From Nitrospirota bacterium (GTDB taxonomy: Bacteria; Nitrospirota; Nitrospiria; Nitrospirales; UBA8639): DNA of 52,679 nt. Shown piece after piece: positions 36,732-46,445 of this stretch (position 1 is the first letter of the stretch; every line of letters starts with the position of its first letter). Where the stretch lies: contig JAOUGQ010000001.1 of assembly GCA_029865515.1 (NCBI GenBank), positions 1-52,679 on the forward strand. The letters run 5' to 3'. A program made the translations under genes and the position numbers. A model generated the notes under the pieces. It did not search any database. It was not told the DNA's origin and worked only from the letters and a program-made list of their open reading frames with translations.

Positions 36732-37805
36732 TTAATTCACCAAATTGCCATGCCCGATTTTAGCATCAGCAAGGGAAGGAAGAGACTCGGCGGCCTTTGA
36801 TTTTTGAAGAATCCCCATCACAAAGGGACAGCTTTGTAAGGATTCAGGAATCGTTACCAGACGTTCTTCATAGGATTTTCGCCAGCCCAGAAAGAGAGTA
36901 TATACAGTCAACAACAGCGCGGTGCAGGCCGCCATCGCGACAAACCCCAACTGAGACACTTCCTCGACCCGGAACACAAAGGCGGTCATCCCCATGAGCA
37001 CAAGAAAATAGGTGGCAGAAAAGGTCAAACTGGGCCACACCCAAAACCAAAGAGATGACAGCCAGGTTTTTGGCCTACGTTCTTTTTGATCTTGAGCATA
37101 GAGCGTTTCCCCAGCGAAAAACGCCATCAACCCGATGGAAGCGACAATAACCGGGACGAGTAATGATTGAACCATGGGCTGAAGTTCGATGGACCCTATA
37201 CGGAACAGAAGCCACGATCCGACTATCCCCATGATGGTGGCCAATGCTCCCCATTTCAAAACCGCGCCTATCTCCAGGGGAATCCATTTTCTTAATGCCT
37301 CTCCATCAGGAAATGTTGGCACCACAACGCCTTGATGCATCAATCGTTGCACATGACCGATTTCAAAGGCATCCCGAGTCACGGATGTACATGAAATAAT
37401 AATCGCCATCATGGCCGGACCTTCAGGGTGGAGTAAAAAATCGTACCCCACAAATACTTGAAGAATCGCCAGAACCAGGAGAGATAATTGAATACTATAG
37501 ACCAGGCCGATCCATCCCACCAACCACACCCATCGCTGAGTACCATCCTGACGCAAGGATTCCTGAAGCGTGCCCCCCCGGCCTTGCCGATAGGCCCAGA
37601 TTGCCGCAAGCATAGAAATGCACCCACTAAAACCAAGTAGCACCAAAGGCTCCGAAAGCGGCAAGACCTGCTTAAGAAGACGGTAAATCCCAAAAGCCAC
37701 CAGACCGGGAACCAGCATAACCAACCGTTTTCGTTTACGGACAGGTGGATCCGTCACTAAGGCATTCAACTGTGGAAGGACACGTAGGGAAAGTCGATGC
37801 AACAT
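36732..37805 (-). CDS. Polytopic membrane protein of unknown function (about 8 TM)
   Basis: Hydrophobic segments, TRDAFEIGH, C-terminal SCPF; translationally coupled to cydA-like copy 2. Confidence 0.75.
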   Translation of the reverse strand: MLHRLSLRVLPQLNALVTDPPVRKRKRLVMLVPGLVAFGIYRLLKQVLPLSEPLVLLGFSGCISMLAAIWAYRQGRGGTLQESLRQDGTQRWVWLVGWIGLVYSIQLSLLVLAILQVFVGYDFLLHPEGPAMMAIIISCTSVTRDAFEIGHVQRLMHQGVVVPTFPDGEALRKWIPLEIGAVLKWGALATIMGIVGSWLLFRIGSIELQPMVQSLLVPVIVASIGLMAFFAGETLYAQDQKERRPKTWLSSLWFWVWPSLTFSATYFLVLMGMTAFVFRVEEVSQLGFVAMAACTALLLTVYTLFLGWRKSYEERLVTIPESLQSCPFVMGILQKSKAAESLPSLADAKIGHGNLVN

Positions 37806-37871
37806 ACCGTTATTCGCTTCGAAGGGTTTTCCGGATTTCGACTTTTCTGGTGAATGCGTTACAAGGCAGCC

Positions 37872-38387
37872 TCATGAGCGCCCTGCCGCCATTCCAAAAT
37901 ATCGGGTTTTGACTTCTTCCATCAGTGCAACTGTCACTTCGGACATACCCCGATCCAACGCGGTCCGCTCCAACTCAGTCTTGGCCATCGCCCGGATTCC
38001 AGACGGCACATTACCCAAACGACGCTCCGCGTCTGGACTCCACTCCACAATACCCTTATTGCGGGCGACACCCACACGTGAAAACGTCAGAACCCGTTGT
38101 CGCTGCGCGTTGGCAAAGGTCTCGACTTCATCACGAACCAAAGGGGCCAAGTACGGGGGAAGCCGGTTTAATTGATACAAGGCCTCATCGGTCCAAACCA
38201 TTCCAGGAACCAGGAGATCCAATTCTTTAACATCCCCTTCTACCCCAACTGAAAAACTACAGTGATTGCAATGAAATTTCACAAACACAGAATCGGCAGG
38301 GAACTCCTCAATCTCTGTTACCTGCAAGGGATATTGGCAACCACATTGCACGATCGGCTCACCCAATTTTTCCCGGATAGAGGACAT
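37872..38387 (-). CDS. Protein with a Cys knuckle and tandem PCP_red (BchB/ChlB C-terminal-like) domains
   Basis: CGC...CNHC, then two repeats WTDEA...L..LP......VR..VE.FA and WSPDAERRLGNVP...R......E..A. Confidence 0.7.
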   Translation of the reverse strand: MSSIREKLGEPIVQCGCQYPLQVTEIEEFPADSVFVKFHCNHCSFSVGVEGDVKELDLLVPGMVWTDEALYQLNRLPPYLAPLVRDEVETFANAQRQRVLTFSRVGVARNKGIVEWSPDAERRLGNVPSGIRAMAKTELERTALDRGMSEVTVALMEEVKTRYFGMAAGRS

Positions 38388-39084
38388 ACAGCATCGTATA
38401 GGTAAACGTTCCGGTCATAAACAATACACAATAGATCACCATGGTGAATTTTCCGAGTACCCGATGCCGTCTAGCCCCATTAGGCCAAATCCGTTGAATA
38501 GAGATTTCAATTCCAAACACCATCGCAATGAGAATGATAAGGCCAAGATACACACTGAATTTCCCCATGGAAAATCCAGACGCCATCACCCGTGACCCGA
38601 AGAACAAAAGGACGACAGTCGTCACACCTCCAAGGATCGTGGCAATGCGTCGTCCGGATGTCTGCAAAATCGCTTCCTTCAAGACCCGCTGACCTTCCAC
38701 GAAGGCCTGCGACCGAAACCCCAGCACCATCATATAAATGGCCATAATCAGGCCGATCACCACCAGAAGAATATGTAAGGTCAACACAGGGACAAATACT
38801 TTATCGTATAGCCATTGAGGCCCGCCAAACCCTTCCTTCCCTTCAAAAGCCAAAACACCCAGATTGCGGAAAAGATAATAACTGACAAAGAAGGTGAGCA
38901 TGGCGATCATCCCACCGAACATCAACCAATGGTGATGATCGGCTTTGTGGTTTCTGGCCTGAATCCATCCGACGATAAACAACCCCGTAAAGAGTGTCGC
39001 CATCAGTTGACTTACGTCGGCTCCGATCGTCGCATGGGTCCCGAAAAATCCCGGTTCCCTCAGCCATACTGCGATATCATCCAT
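38359..39084 (-). CDS. DUF420-family membrane protein
   Basis: HHWLM, F.VSY, F.G....Y...L.LHI.L, RRHRVLG..T..I.....TG...Y.MLY. Confidence 0.8.
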   Translation of the reverse strand: MDDIAVWLREPGFFGTHATIGADVSQLMATLFTGLFIVGWIQARNHKADHHHWLMFGGMIAMLTFFVSYYLFRNLGVLAFEGKEGFGGPQWLYDKVFVPVLTLHILLVVIGLIMAIYMMVLGFRSQAFVEGQRVLKEAILQTSGRRIATILGGVTTVVLLFFGSRVMASGFSMGKFSVYLGLIILIAMVFGIEISIQRIWPNGARRHRVLGKFTMVIYCVLFMTGTFTYTMLYVLYPGKIG

Positions 39085-39105
39085 AGGTGGGTGCCACGCC
39101 TTTCC

Positions 39106-40101
39106 TTATTTCGTGCCTTGAATGATGGCACGGGGTTCTAATTCTTCGACCATACGAAATCCAGCTTGTTCCATCCATTGTTGACTGTCTTGAATCGTAA
39201 AACACTCCCCGCATTCAGTGTTCACCATAATATGGACGGCAAAGGCTGTGGTCCAGGCAGGGCTCGTCCTCGAGGGATCTAAAAACCGGTCTTTAATGAT
39301 CAGCCTTCCTCCCTCACTCAGGCAACCGTACACTTTTGCCACTAACGCCGCATTAGCCCGACCATCCTGGTAATGCAGGATATCTGACATGAGCGCAATA
39401 TCATAAGGCCCTTGAAAAGCATCGACATGAAAGTTACCGCCTTGCAGATGGATACGATCTTTTAACCCCGCGCTTTCCACGCGTTGCCTGGCAACATTCA
39501 GGGTTTGGGGGAGATCAAAAACCGTGGCGGATAACCCGGGATGCTCCAAGCAAAACGCAATGGCATTGGTTCCAGCCCCACCACCAATATCCAGCAACCG
39601 ATTGGCTCCATGAAGTGGAACCCGTTCCGCCAATCCCTGCCCGCTTCCTCGCCCGATCCGATCCAACACCGTGAGCACATGGGCACCCAGTTCAGGATTC
39701 GTTTCAAAAACGTGTTGGGTCACGGGTGAACGTCCGGTTCTCACGGTCTGTTCCAACTGTCCCCAATGACTCCACTCAGCGTCATGCAACAGTAATAAAT
39801 GGCCGACATAATCGGAACCCGGTTGCACCAGATATCGTTCAGCGACCGGGGTATTGGCATACAGCTTATCTTCTTTCGTTAACACGCGCATCGCGACTAA
39901 GGCGTTCATCACTAACTCCAAGGCCCGGGAGCTGAGATTCAGTGCATCGGCCACCTCAGTGACCGTGAGAGACTGTCCCTTGAGAGCGGTAAAGAGATCA
40001 AGCTTAACACCAGTGAGGAGTATTTTGGTTTCCCAGTAGTAACCTATCTGGAAAATATCTGCGAGGGACAACTCACGTGTCACACGGGGCCTCAAACTCA
40101 A
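39106..40101 (-). CDS. SAM-dependent methyltransferase, Methyltransf_2 family with dimerisation domain (CrtF/BchU-like)
   Basis: KLDLFT.L wHTH dimerisation domain, LLDIGGGAG, VFDLP, GNF, ILHY, GGRLII.D. Confidence 0.85.
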   Translation of the reverse strand: MSLRPRVTRELSLADIFQIGYYWETKILLTGVKLDLFTALKGQSLTVTEVADALNLSSRALELVMNALVAMRVLTKEDKLYANTPVAERYLVQPGSDYVGHLLLLHDAEWSHWGQLEQTVRTGRSPVTQHVFETNPELGAHVLTVLDRIGRGSGQGLAERVPLHGANRLLDIGGGAGTNAIAFCLEHPGLSATVFDLPQTLNVARQRVESAGLKDRIHLQGGNFHVDAFQGPYDIALMSDILHYQDGRANAALVAKVYGCLSEGGRLIIKDRFLDPSRTSPAWTTAFAVHIMVNTECGECFTIQDSQQWMEQAGFRMVEELEPRAIIQGTK

Positions 40102-40197
40102 AATACGACTAAAGAATCATTTTCGATGTCGATCTTAACGGGGTCACTTTGCGAGGTCAAATGCTTACAGGAAAGGAAAAGTCCCAAAGCCAACTAC

Positions 40198-40237
40198 AAA
40201 AAACAAGGGCAACCAGCCCATGGCCAGTTGCCCTTGT
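40198..40237 (-). terminator. Intrinsic terminator
   Basis: ACAAGGGCAAC-N13-GTTGCCCTTGT followed by a U-run on the minus strand. Confidence 0.7.
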
Positions 40238-40266
40238 CGGAAGAGCGATTCTCGAGGGAACCAGAC

Positions 40267-41061
40267 TTATTTGATCTCGAAATTCGCTTCGACGGTTCCC
40301 CCGTCCTTTACATCCACATCGGCTTCCACCTGGCCGGCAATAGGATGCCAGGCCATCACTTTGTGCTTACCAGCAGGCACATCCTTGATTTCGAAGGTAC
40401 CATCCGCGCCCGCCACGCCGTAATGGGCATTGGTCACCGGCAAATACCAGGCTTGCATAAACTCATGCTGATCACATTGCAACCGCAACACAGAACCCTT
40501 TTTGGACATTTTCAGCTTGACACTTTTATCCAACGAATCGCCTTTCTTGGCTAATCCGATATTGAACTCCGTGCTGGACTTGGCACCCAACTGATCGAAG
40601 CTATGCGGGTTGTGCAACACGCCTTCCGCAGATTTAGGGTCGCTTGGATCGGCATCGTTATTGACCACTTTAAACTGCCCCAGACTCACGGCAATTCCCG
40701 TATACGGCTTAAATTCGCACAATTCGGCCACAACCGATTGGGGAGCTTCTTTTTTGGCTTTGTCGGTAAACCCCTTGTCTTCAACATCACGAACCGATAC
40801 GACCGCATTTTTCAAACCCTTGCTTCCATCCACTTCCACTTCCTTGAGCAACCGAGTATTTCCATCAGCACTTTTGCTCTCATTTTTTTTGCAAAATTCC
40901 GTATTGGGAAATTTTTTAAACGCGAATTCCTTCGGTGGCGGAACTTTTCCGGTAAACGTGACTTTCCCTTTAATTGTTCCGCCTGCCTGGGCCACTAATG
41001 GCGCGGCAATCAGAATACCACCAATCAATAAAGACATAGTAAAAGACTGACGATTCCTCAT
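40267..41061 (-). CDS. Exported carboxypeptidase-regulatory-like/cupredoxin-like protein 1
   Basis: Signal peptide (AQA), GTIKGKV, LHNPH, LQCDQHEFM, DGTFEIKDVPAG.....WHP; AGGAGG SD. Confidence 0.8.
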   Translation of the reverse strand: MRNRQSFTMSLLIGGILIAAPLVAQAGGTIKGKVTFTGKVPPPKEFAFKKFPNTEFCKKNESKSADGNTRLLKEVEVDGSKGLKNAVVSVRDVEDKGFTDKAKKEAPQSVVAELCEFKPYTGIAVSLGQFKVVNNDADPSDPKSAEGVLHNPHSFDQLGAKSSTEFNIGLAKKGDSLDKSVKLKMSKKGSVLRLQCDQHEFMQAWYLPVTNAHYGVAGADGTFEIKDVPAGKHKVMAWHPIAGQVEADVDVKDGGTVEANFEIK

Positions 41062-41206
41062 GATGCTTCCTCCTAGTTGTTAAGAAAAAATTTGAGTTGA
41101 CGAGGGAAACTACCAACTTGAAAGGTTAAAAACCACCCACCTGCTTGACCACGGCCAGGTGAAAAAAGTTGATCGTGGAATGATTGTCTGACTGCACCCA
41201 CTTCCG

Positions 41207-41236
41207 TATATATCAGGAATAAAAAAAACGTGTCAA
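41207..41236 (-). promoter_or_regulatory. Candidate sigma-70 promoter for 40267..41061
   Basis: TTGACA, 18 nt ending in TGA, TATATA (extended -10). Confidence 0.45.
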
Positions 41237-41366
41237 GGAAACCAACTTGCAATAGGTCCTTTGGATCATCCTTTAGGCCTTTTAGTTCTACAAAAATCAA
41301 AGATTCGTGAAACCACCCTGTTTACAAAAACCATCACACAAGCACGACCGGTTATCTGGACAATAC

Positions 41367-43352
41367 TCATTTTTGATGCACGGGTTCCTTAAGTACCGCC
41401 AACATTTCAGCAATGCTCTCTTTCATCGCCTCTGCTTGAAAGACTGGAGCCGAACACATCCGATCGGTGCAGACAAAGGCCACAGGACGCCCATCGTAGG
41501 GAAAAACAATTTCACCCCATTTGGGTTGCCCTTCACGGGGGTCAAACCACCTCACAATTTTCCCTGGGCAATAGAGCTCACGGCCTTTTAACAACAAGGC
41601 TTGGGCCATTGGATCAAAGGATCCCCCCACCACGGCAATATGAACGGGAATCCGAAACCATTGATCGATGGCTAAACCTGCCAACGCGACAGGGAGGGGT
41701 TCCGGAGAAGTCACTATGAACTGTAACGTTCTTTCGGCAATGGATTGGTATTCCGGCTTCCCCGTGAGATGAAAAAGAGTCAGGTACCAGAGCGCAGCTT
41801 GAAAGTTTTCCGTCACCGGTTTCGTGGGCAACTTCAGAAGACCCAATGAGTCGGACGTGCCTGGATGATCGAAGAAACCCCCGTTCACGGAATCTTGCAA
41901 TAATTGCTGATTGACTTCAGCAAGAACTTCAGCGTTTTGCAAAAACCGAGGCTGCCCTGTGGCACTAAACGCCTCAAGCAATGCTTGCCCAAAGAGGATG
42001 TGGTCAGACAATAATCCGTACAAGCCGAGTTCCCCTTCCACCTCGACATGGGCGAGCCCCCTTTTCACGTCAAAGCGTTTTTCATACAACTGGGTGAGGG
42101 CCTGAAGGGCTATGTCCCGTATCTCCGTTTTTCCCAACACCGGAAATGCATGCAGGTAGGCCCATGCCATCAATGCATTACTTCCTGTGAAAATCCGCTG
42201 ATCTACTCCAGGAATACCGATAGCCAATCGCTTGCGTTCACTCAAAGCATAGTACTCGGCACCCGATACGAAAGGTCCCCCTTCAGGACCCCGGACATCG
42301 GCGTCCTGGCTTTCATAAAACAGCCTCGCTTGCGGATCCGTTAAAAACCGCGAGACATACTCAATGAGAGCTTCGGCAACACGTTTGAACTGAAGATCTC
42401 CAGTGAGTTGAAAGGCTTCAACATAATTGCGGAGATTCCGGGCTTGAATGGTCAACATTTTTTCAAAATGCGGCTGAGTCCAGTCCGCTTGTTCAGCATA
42501 GCGGTAAAACCCGCCCCAAACAGGATCGAGTAAGGGCAGTTGTTTTTCCAAGGTTTGCAAGCCCATCTTGAGCAATTCAGGGTCGTTTTCAAAGAAGCCA
42601 TGTGCAAAGGCCATCTGGATCGCTTCGGGTTCAAAAAATTTTGGCGCATTCCGAAACCCTCCATTAACAGCATCAAATTGCGCTCTCATGATCTCAACAC
42701 TTTGCTTAACCATAGAGACCTGAAGCGCATTACCCTTGGAAGGGCTGGCTTCGACCTTCTCCTTCACCCGGTTCCATAACCTGGAGGCCTGATTGAGTAA
42801 AGCAGCCTTATCGGTTGAATAGAGAGACTGCATCTCAAGAAGCAGTTCTTCCATTTCCTCAGGTTCCAGTGCGTTCGCTTGAAAGAGAATCTCCCCGGTC
42901 GGCAATAACAGATTGGTCGTCGGCCATCCTCCAGCTCGATAACGAGCCTGTAAATCTGGACGCTGATCGGTATCGACTCGAACAGGAATAAAGTTGTCAT
43001 TCAGCAACTGTATAATACGAGGATTGGCGTACGTCGCCTGATCCATCACATGACAGGCATGACACCATACCGCAGTAAGATCCAAAAGAATTAATTTATC
43101 TTCAGCTTGGGCTTGTCGGAAGGATTCCGATCCCCATTCATACCATTGGATAGACGGCCGGACATCGGTATCCACCACAGTGATTGTTTCAGCGTAAACG
43201 GAATTTCCGAGGAGAAACATGCCAAGCCCACCTATACACAACGATCTACGTACAAACTGAAGAAGGGGAGGACCATATCTCGCAGAAACCCATGACAAGG
43301 AATGCCCTGTCAGAATTTTGTGCCAGGATGGCGATAGGTGGGAATATGTCAT
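41367..43352 (-). CDS. DUF255/YyaL-family thioredoxin-domain plus glycosidase-like (alpha/alpha)6 protein, probably exported (start uncertain)
   Basis: W.EWG.E.F..A....K.I.L, WCHACHVMD, F.PVRVD.DQRPD, GGWP, GGF..APKF, PHFEKML, AFVC....CS.P. Confidence 0.85.
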   Translation of the reverse strand: MTYSHLSPSWHKILTGHSLSWVSARYGPPLLQFVRRSLCIGGLGMFLLGNSVYAETITVVDTDVRPSIQWYEWGSESFRQAQAEDKLILLDLTAVWCHACHVMDQATYANPRIIQLLNDNFIPVRVDTDQRPDLQARYRAGGWPTTNLLLPTGEILFQANALEPEEMEELLLEMQSLYSTDKAALLNQASRLWNRVKEKVEASPSKGNALQVSMVKQSVEIMRAQFDAVNGGFRNAPKFFEPEAIQMAFAHGFFENDPELLKMGLQTLEKQLPLLDPVWGGFYRYAEQADWTQPHFEKMLTIQARNLRNYVEAFQLTGDLQFKRVAEALIEYVSRFLTDPQARLFYESQDADVRGPEGGPFVSGAEYYALSERKRLAIGIPGVDQRIFTGSNALMAWAYLHAFPVLGKTEIRDIALQALTQLYEKRFDVKRGLAHVEVEGELGLYGLLSDHILFGQALLEAFSATGQPRFLQNAEVLAEVNQQLLQDSVNGGFFDHPGTSDSLGLLKLPTKPVTENFQAALWYLTLFHLTGKPEYQSIAERTLQFIVTSPEPLPVALAGLAIDQWFRIPVHIAVVGGSFDPMAQALLLKGRELYCPGKIVRWFDPREGQPKWGEIVFPYDGRPVAFVCTDRMCSAPVFQAEAMKESIAEMLAVLKEPVHQK

Positions 43353-43457
43353 GAAAGCCCTACTTTAGGAGGAAACACACACACCCATGGATTTGCTTGT
43401 TGCCTCCCGTCTTGAATGCCTAAGGGCAAACCAACCAAGCACAGCGTATTGATCAGG

Positions 43458-44834
43458 CTAAATACCGATCTCCTTATCCAGAATGGTCACAATGGCTGCC
43501 GCGGCGGTAACCCGCACCGCTTCATCCGTATCCCGAAGTGTGCGCTTCAAAACCGGCAACATCCTACGATCACCCATGCGACCCAATGCGCGGGCAGCCA
43601 CGATCCGAGGCCGAGGCAGCGGATCATTGAGACCCAACATGAGAGTCGCAATAACCTCCCGACCTGTTCCATTCCCAAGCGCCTTTACGGCAAGAGACCG
43701 AATGGCCGGATTTTGGTCATTGAGGAGCTGCTGAACCGTATCTTTGACCACGGCATAGGACGCACCCACGCGTAACAATGACGCCACTGCCGCCGCTTGG
43801 ACACCGGGATTCGAATCGGCCAACGCCCTGGTCAACGGGGTGACTACTTGATGTTGCTCAAAATACCCCAGGCTCACAGCCGCCTCACTCCGCACCGCAG
43901 GATTAGGATTAAACAAAACTGCTTTCAAGGTGGGCAAGGATTCAGGAGCTTTCAGTTTCCCTAACGACGCAATAGCCGCAGCACGGATAGACGGTTGATC
44001 ATCGGAAATCGTCTTTTCCAATATCGGTAGGGCACGACGATCATTCAGTTCGCCAAATGCACGGATAGCCGCTCCCCGTTCATAGCCCTCCTGACTTTTC
44101 GCGCCTTGCTCCAAACGAGCCCAATATTCTTTGTGACCCAACTCATACAACCCTCTCGCCGCGGCAATTTGGACAAGATGCTGCTCATCCTTCAACGACG
44201 GTTCAATCATGGGCACCAGGGTCCCGTCACCGGATTGTCCAAGCCCAATCAAGACTGTCGCTCGAACCAGACCGGCCCCGTCTTTTAATGCTTCACGAAA
44301 CCGCTTGGAACGCTGTCCGGCCTTTCGTTTTCCCAACGCTTCGGCCGCCAAAGCCCGGATCATGCCGGATCCATCAGTCAGGCCTTCCTCCAAATATTCC
44401 ACAACATTATCAGAATCGATTTCCTTCAACGCCGTGTAGGCGGCCCCCCGCATCTGCTCCCTCATATCGGAACGGAGCGGCAAAATACTGGCAATGGCAG
44501 TCTGTCGCAACAGCCTTTCATCTTCCTGTTTTGCCCCTTTTATCACTGTTTCATAGGCATCCATGGCTTCACCGGTTTTGCCCAATCCGGCTAATGCGAG
44601 AATGTGCAATCGAGAAGCCTGAGAAGGCGGAGACCCGTGATTGAGAAGAGGCTTCACAAGATCGACCACCTGTTGAAATTTCCCCTGGTCGTAGGCTCTT
44701 TGCGCTTGCACGATCACTGAATCACTCACTTCCTCCGCCCGGGCAAAACCCGCGAAAAGAAAAATGATTCCCAGGGCAACCGTCAAATAACTCCTCATCT
44801 TTTTTTGTCTGACCCCATCTCCTATCCGCATCAT
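43458..44834 (-). CDS. Exported HEAT/PBS-lyase repeat protein
   Basis: Signal peptide (ARA-E) and many L.D....VR..AA.ALG repeats; start moved to the ATG after AGGAG. Confidence 0.85.
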   Translation of the reverse strand: MMRIGDGVRQKKMRSYLTVALGIIFLFAGFARAEEVSDSVIVQAQRAYDQGKFQQVVDLVKPLLNHGSPPSQASRLHILALAGLGKTGEAMDAYETVIKGAKQEDERLLRQTAIASILPLRSDMREQMRGAAYTALKEIDSDNVVEYLEEGLTDGSGMIRALAAEALGKRKAGQRSKRFREALKDGAGLVRATVLIGLGQSGDGTLVPMIEPSLKDEQHLVQIAAARGLYELGHKEYWARLEQGAKSQEGYERGAAIRAFGELNDRRALPILEKTISDDQPSIRAAAIASLGKLKAPESLPTLKAVLFNPNPAVRSEAAVSLGYFEQHQVVTPLTRALADSNPGVQAAAVASLLRVGASYAVVKDTVQQLLNDQNPAIRSLAVKALGNGTGREVIATLMLGLNDPLPRPRIVAARALGRMGDRRMLPVLKRTLRDTDEAVRVTAAAAIVTILDKEIGI

Positions 44835-44838
44835 ACTC

Positions 44839-45513
44839 CTACCCTCTCGGAACCTGGGCTTCCTGTGCCTCAATAGTTCTGTAGCCCAAAGGGGCTTCAA
44901 AAAAATAATCTGGTTGCGGGGACAGCACCACATGATGATATTCCACGAACCAATCTCGATCCTGGCTTAAAAGTTTCAACAGTATGTTTCTGTCAGGATC
45001 TACCCACTCAAAAAATCGCTCAGTTTGACCAAAGCGATTCTGCACCACCACTTCATAGAGCAAAGCAGGCTGATCACCTACGACCGAATCCCCAATAACC
45101 GTTCGACTCGTCTCCCCTTCCAACTGAACAGAAAATGGTAACAAATAATCCGAAGTTAAGGGAACGCTCACCACCATTCGCCGTTGAGACAGCACATACC
45201 AGATTTTTTGTTCATCCAACCGGACAATTGTGACACTCGCATAGCCCAACTCCGTTCGTATTCCCCCTGCAGGTTCAATACGATAACGATCCTTTTTCAC
45301 AAACAGCAGGGCTTTGGCAATACGTCCACCCGTTTTCCACACTAGTCTTGCTGAAAATTCACGAGGACTGTCGGCAGAAAGATGCGGGGAATCAGCAAAA
45401 ACCAAAACCGACGGGCACCAGATCACCATTCCCAAAATGGCCCATAAAGTCAGTCCCGCAAATCTCCTGTCACATGATTTGGAAGAAAGGGCAAAAAAGC
45501 CTATCCGCTTCAT
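44839..45513 (-). CDS. Exported hypothetical protein (DUF4412/LolA-like beta fold)
   Basis: Signal peptide (VFA-D); FSA...K.RIE...TIVRLD.....W; F..P.GY C-terminus. Confidence 0.6.
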   Translation of the reverse strand: MKRIGFFALSSKSCDRRFAGLTLWAILGMVIWCPSVLVFADSPHLSADSPREFSARLVWKTGGRIAKALLFVKKDRYRIEPAGGIRTELGYASVTIVRLDEQKIWYVLSQRRMVVSVPLTSDYLLPFSVQLEGETSRTVIGDSVVGDQPALLYEVVVQNRFGQTERFFEWVDPDRNILLKLLSQDRDWFVEYHHVVLSPQPDYFFEAPLGYRTIEAQEAQVPRG

Positions 45514-46436
45514 GGCCTTTGGTGTTCAACCAAAGGGTCAATCAGGACAGGCCGTCCAAGGGCAGCGGAAGTAAATCGAGGAGGGGCTTGAAGTTTATGC
45601 GCAGTCCAACGCCCCACGGGCGATGCCAACGAAAAATCCATCCGAACGGTCTGATCGGATTCCACGGTAAATGTTTTGACCTGCTCCTGTTTGACGCTTG
45701 GATGCCAGGCACGAATGCGATAGCTTCCTGGCGGAAGTGACGAAATAACATATTCTCCTTTTTCATTGGTAAAGGCGAAATAAGGATTATCCACGGCAAT
45801 AGCCCAACTCTCCATGTAGGCATGAAACCCACACTGCATCACAAAGGTTTTGCGTCCCTTGCTCAATTGAAATTGATGAACCATGGATTTGCCAGGCAGA
45901 TGCTCGTGGGTTGCGTGAATATTCTCCCGTTGATGACGGGGATTAAAGGGCAGAGGAGAATTAAATAACACCCGCGTCCCTTGGGTCAAAGAAGTTTCAT
46001 AGGCCTGAATATCATGCATGACCGGATCCATATTCACCACTTCAATCCCATGCTCATCACGAACCACCGTCGTAAAGGGAAGAAACTGGCAGTCCCGGGC
46101 TTCTACTCGCGGAATGGACAGTGAAAATGGTTTTCCGGCTTTGACCCCTTCAACCACCATCACGACCCCTTGAATCTGACCTTCATTATTTACCACAAAA
46201 TCTTTAAGCAGGCGCCAGCCTCGGCCATTAGAAATGCGTCCGCAATATTCAGGATCAGGGAACGTAATCAGATTATAGGCTTTCGGGGAAGGCGGAGTTC
46301 CTTCGAGGGTCACTGTCCCCCTAATGGTTGCCCCTCCCTTTACTTCAGCCACTTCGTAGGCTAAAGCAGTCGAATTGACGGCCCAGATAAGACTCACCAA
46401 CAGGATTTTCACCATTCGACTTTTTTCCATTAGCAC
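45510..46436 (-). CDS. Exported carboxypeptidase-regulatory-like/cupredoxin-like protein 2
   Basis: Signal peptide (ALA-Y), YCGRIS, DCQF.P, MDPVMHDIQ, MQCGFHAYM, WHP. Confidence 0.8.
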   Translation of the reverse strand: MLMEKSRMVKILLVSLIWAVNSTALAYEVAEVKGGATIRGTVTLEGTPPSPKAYNLITFPDPEYCGRISNGRGWRLLKDFVVNNEGQIQGVVMVVEGVKAGKPFSLSIPRVEARDCQFLPFTTVVRDEHGIEVVNMDPVMHDIQAYETSLTQGTRVLFNSPLPFNPRHQRENIHATHEHLPGKSMVHQFQLSKGRKTFVMQCGFHAYMESWAIAVDNPYFAFTNEKGEYVISSLPPGSYRIRAWHPSVKQEQVKTFTVESDQTVRMDFSLASPVGRWTAHKLQAPPRFTSAALGRPVLIDPLVEHQRP

Positions 46437-46445
46437 CTCACGACT

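Noticed and set aside
41073-41300. 75-aa minus-strand ORF
   Set aside because: No SD or recognisable features, and it overlaps the candidate promoter and 5' UTR of 40267..41061.
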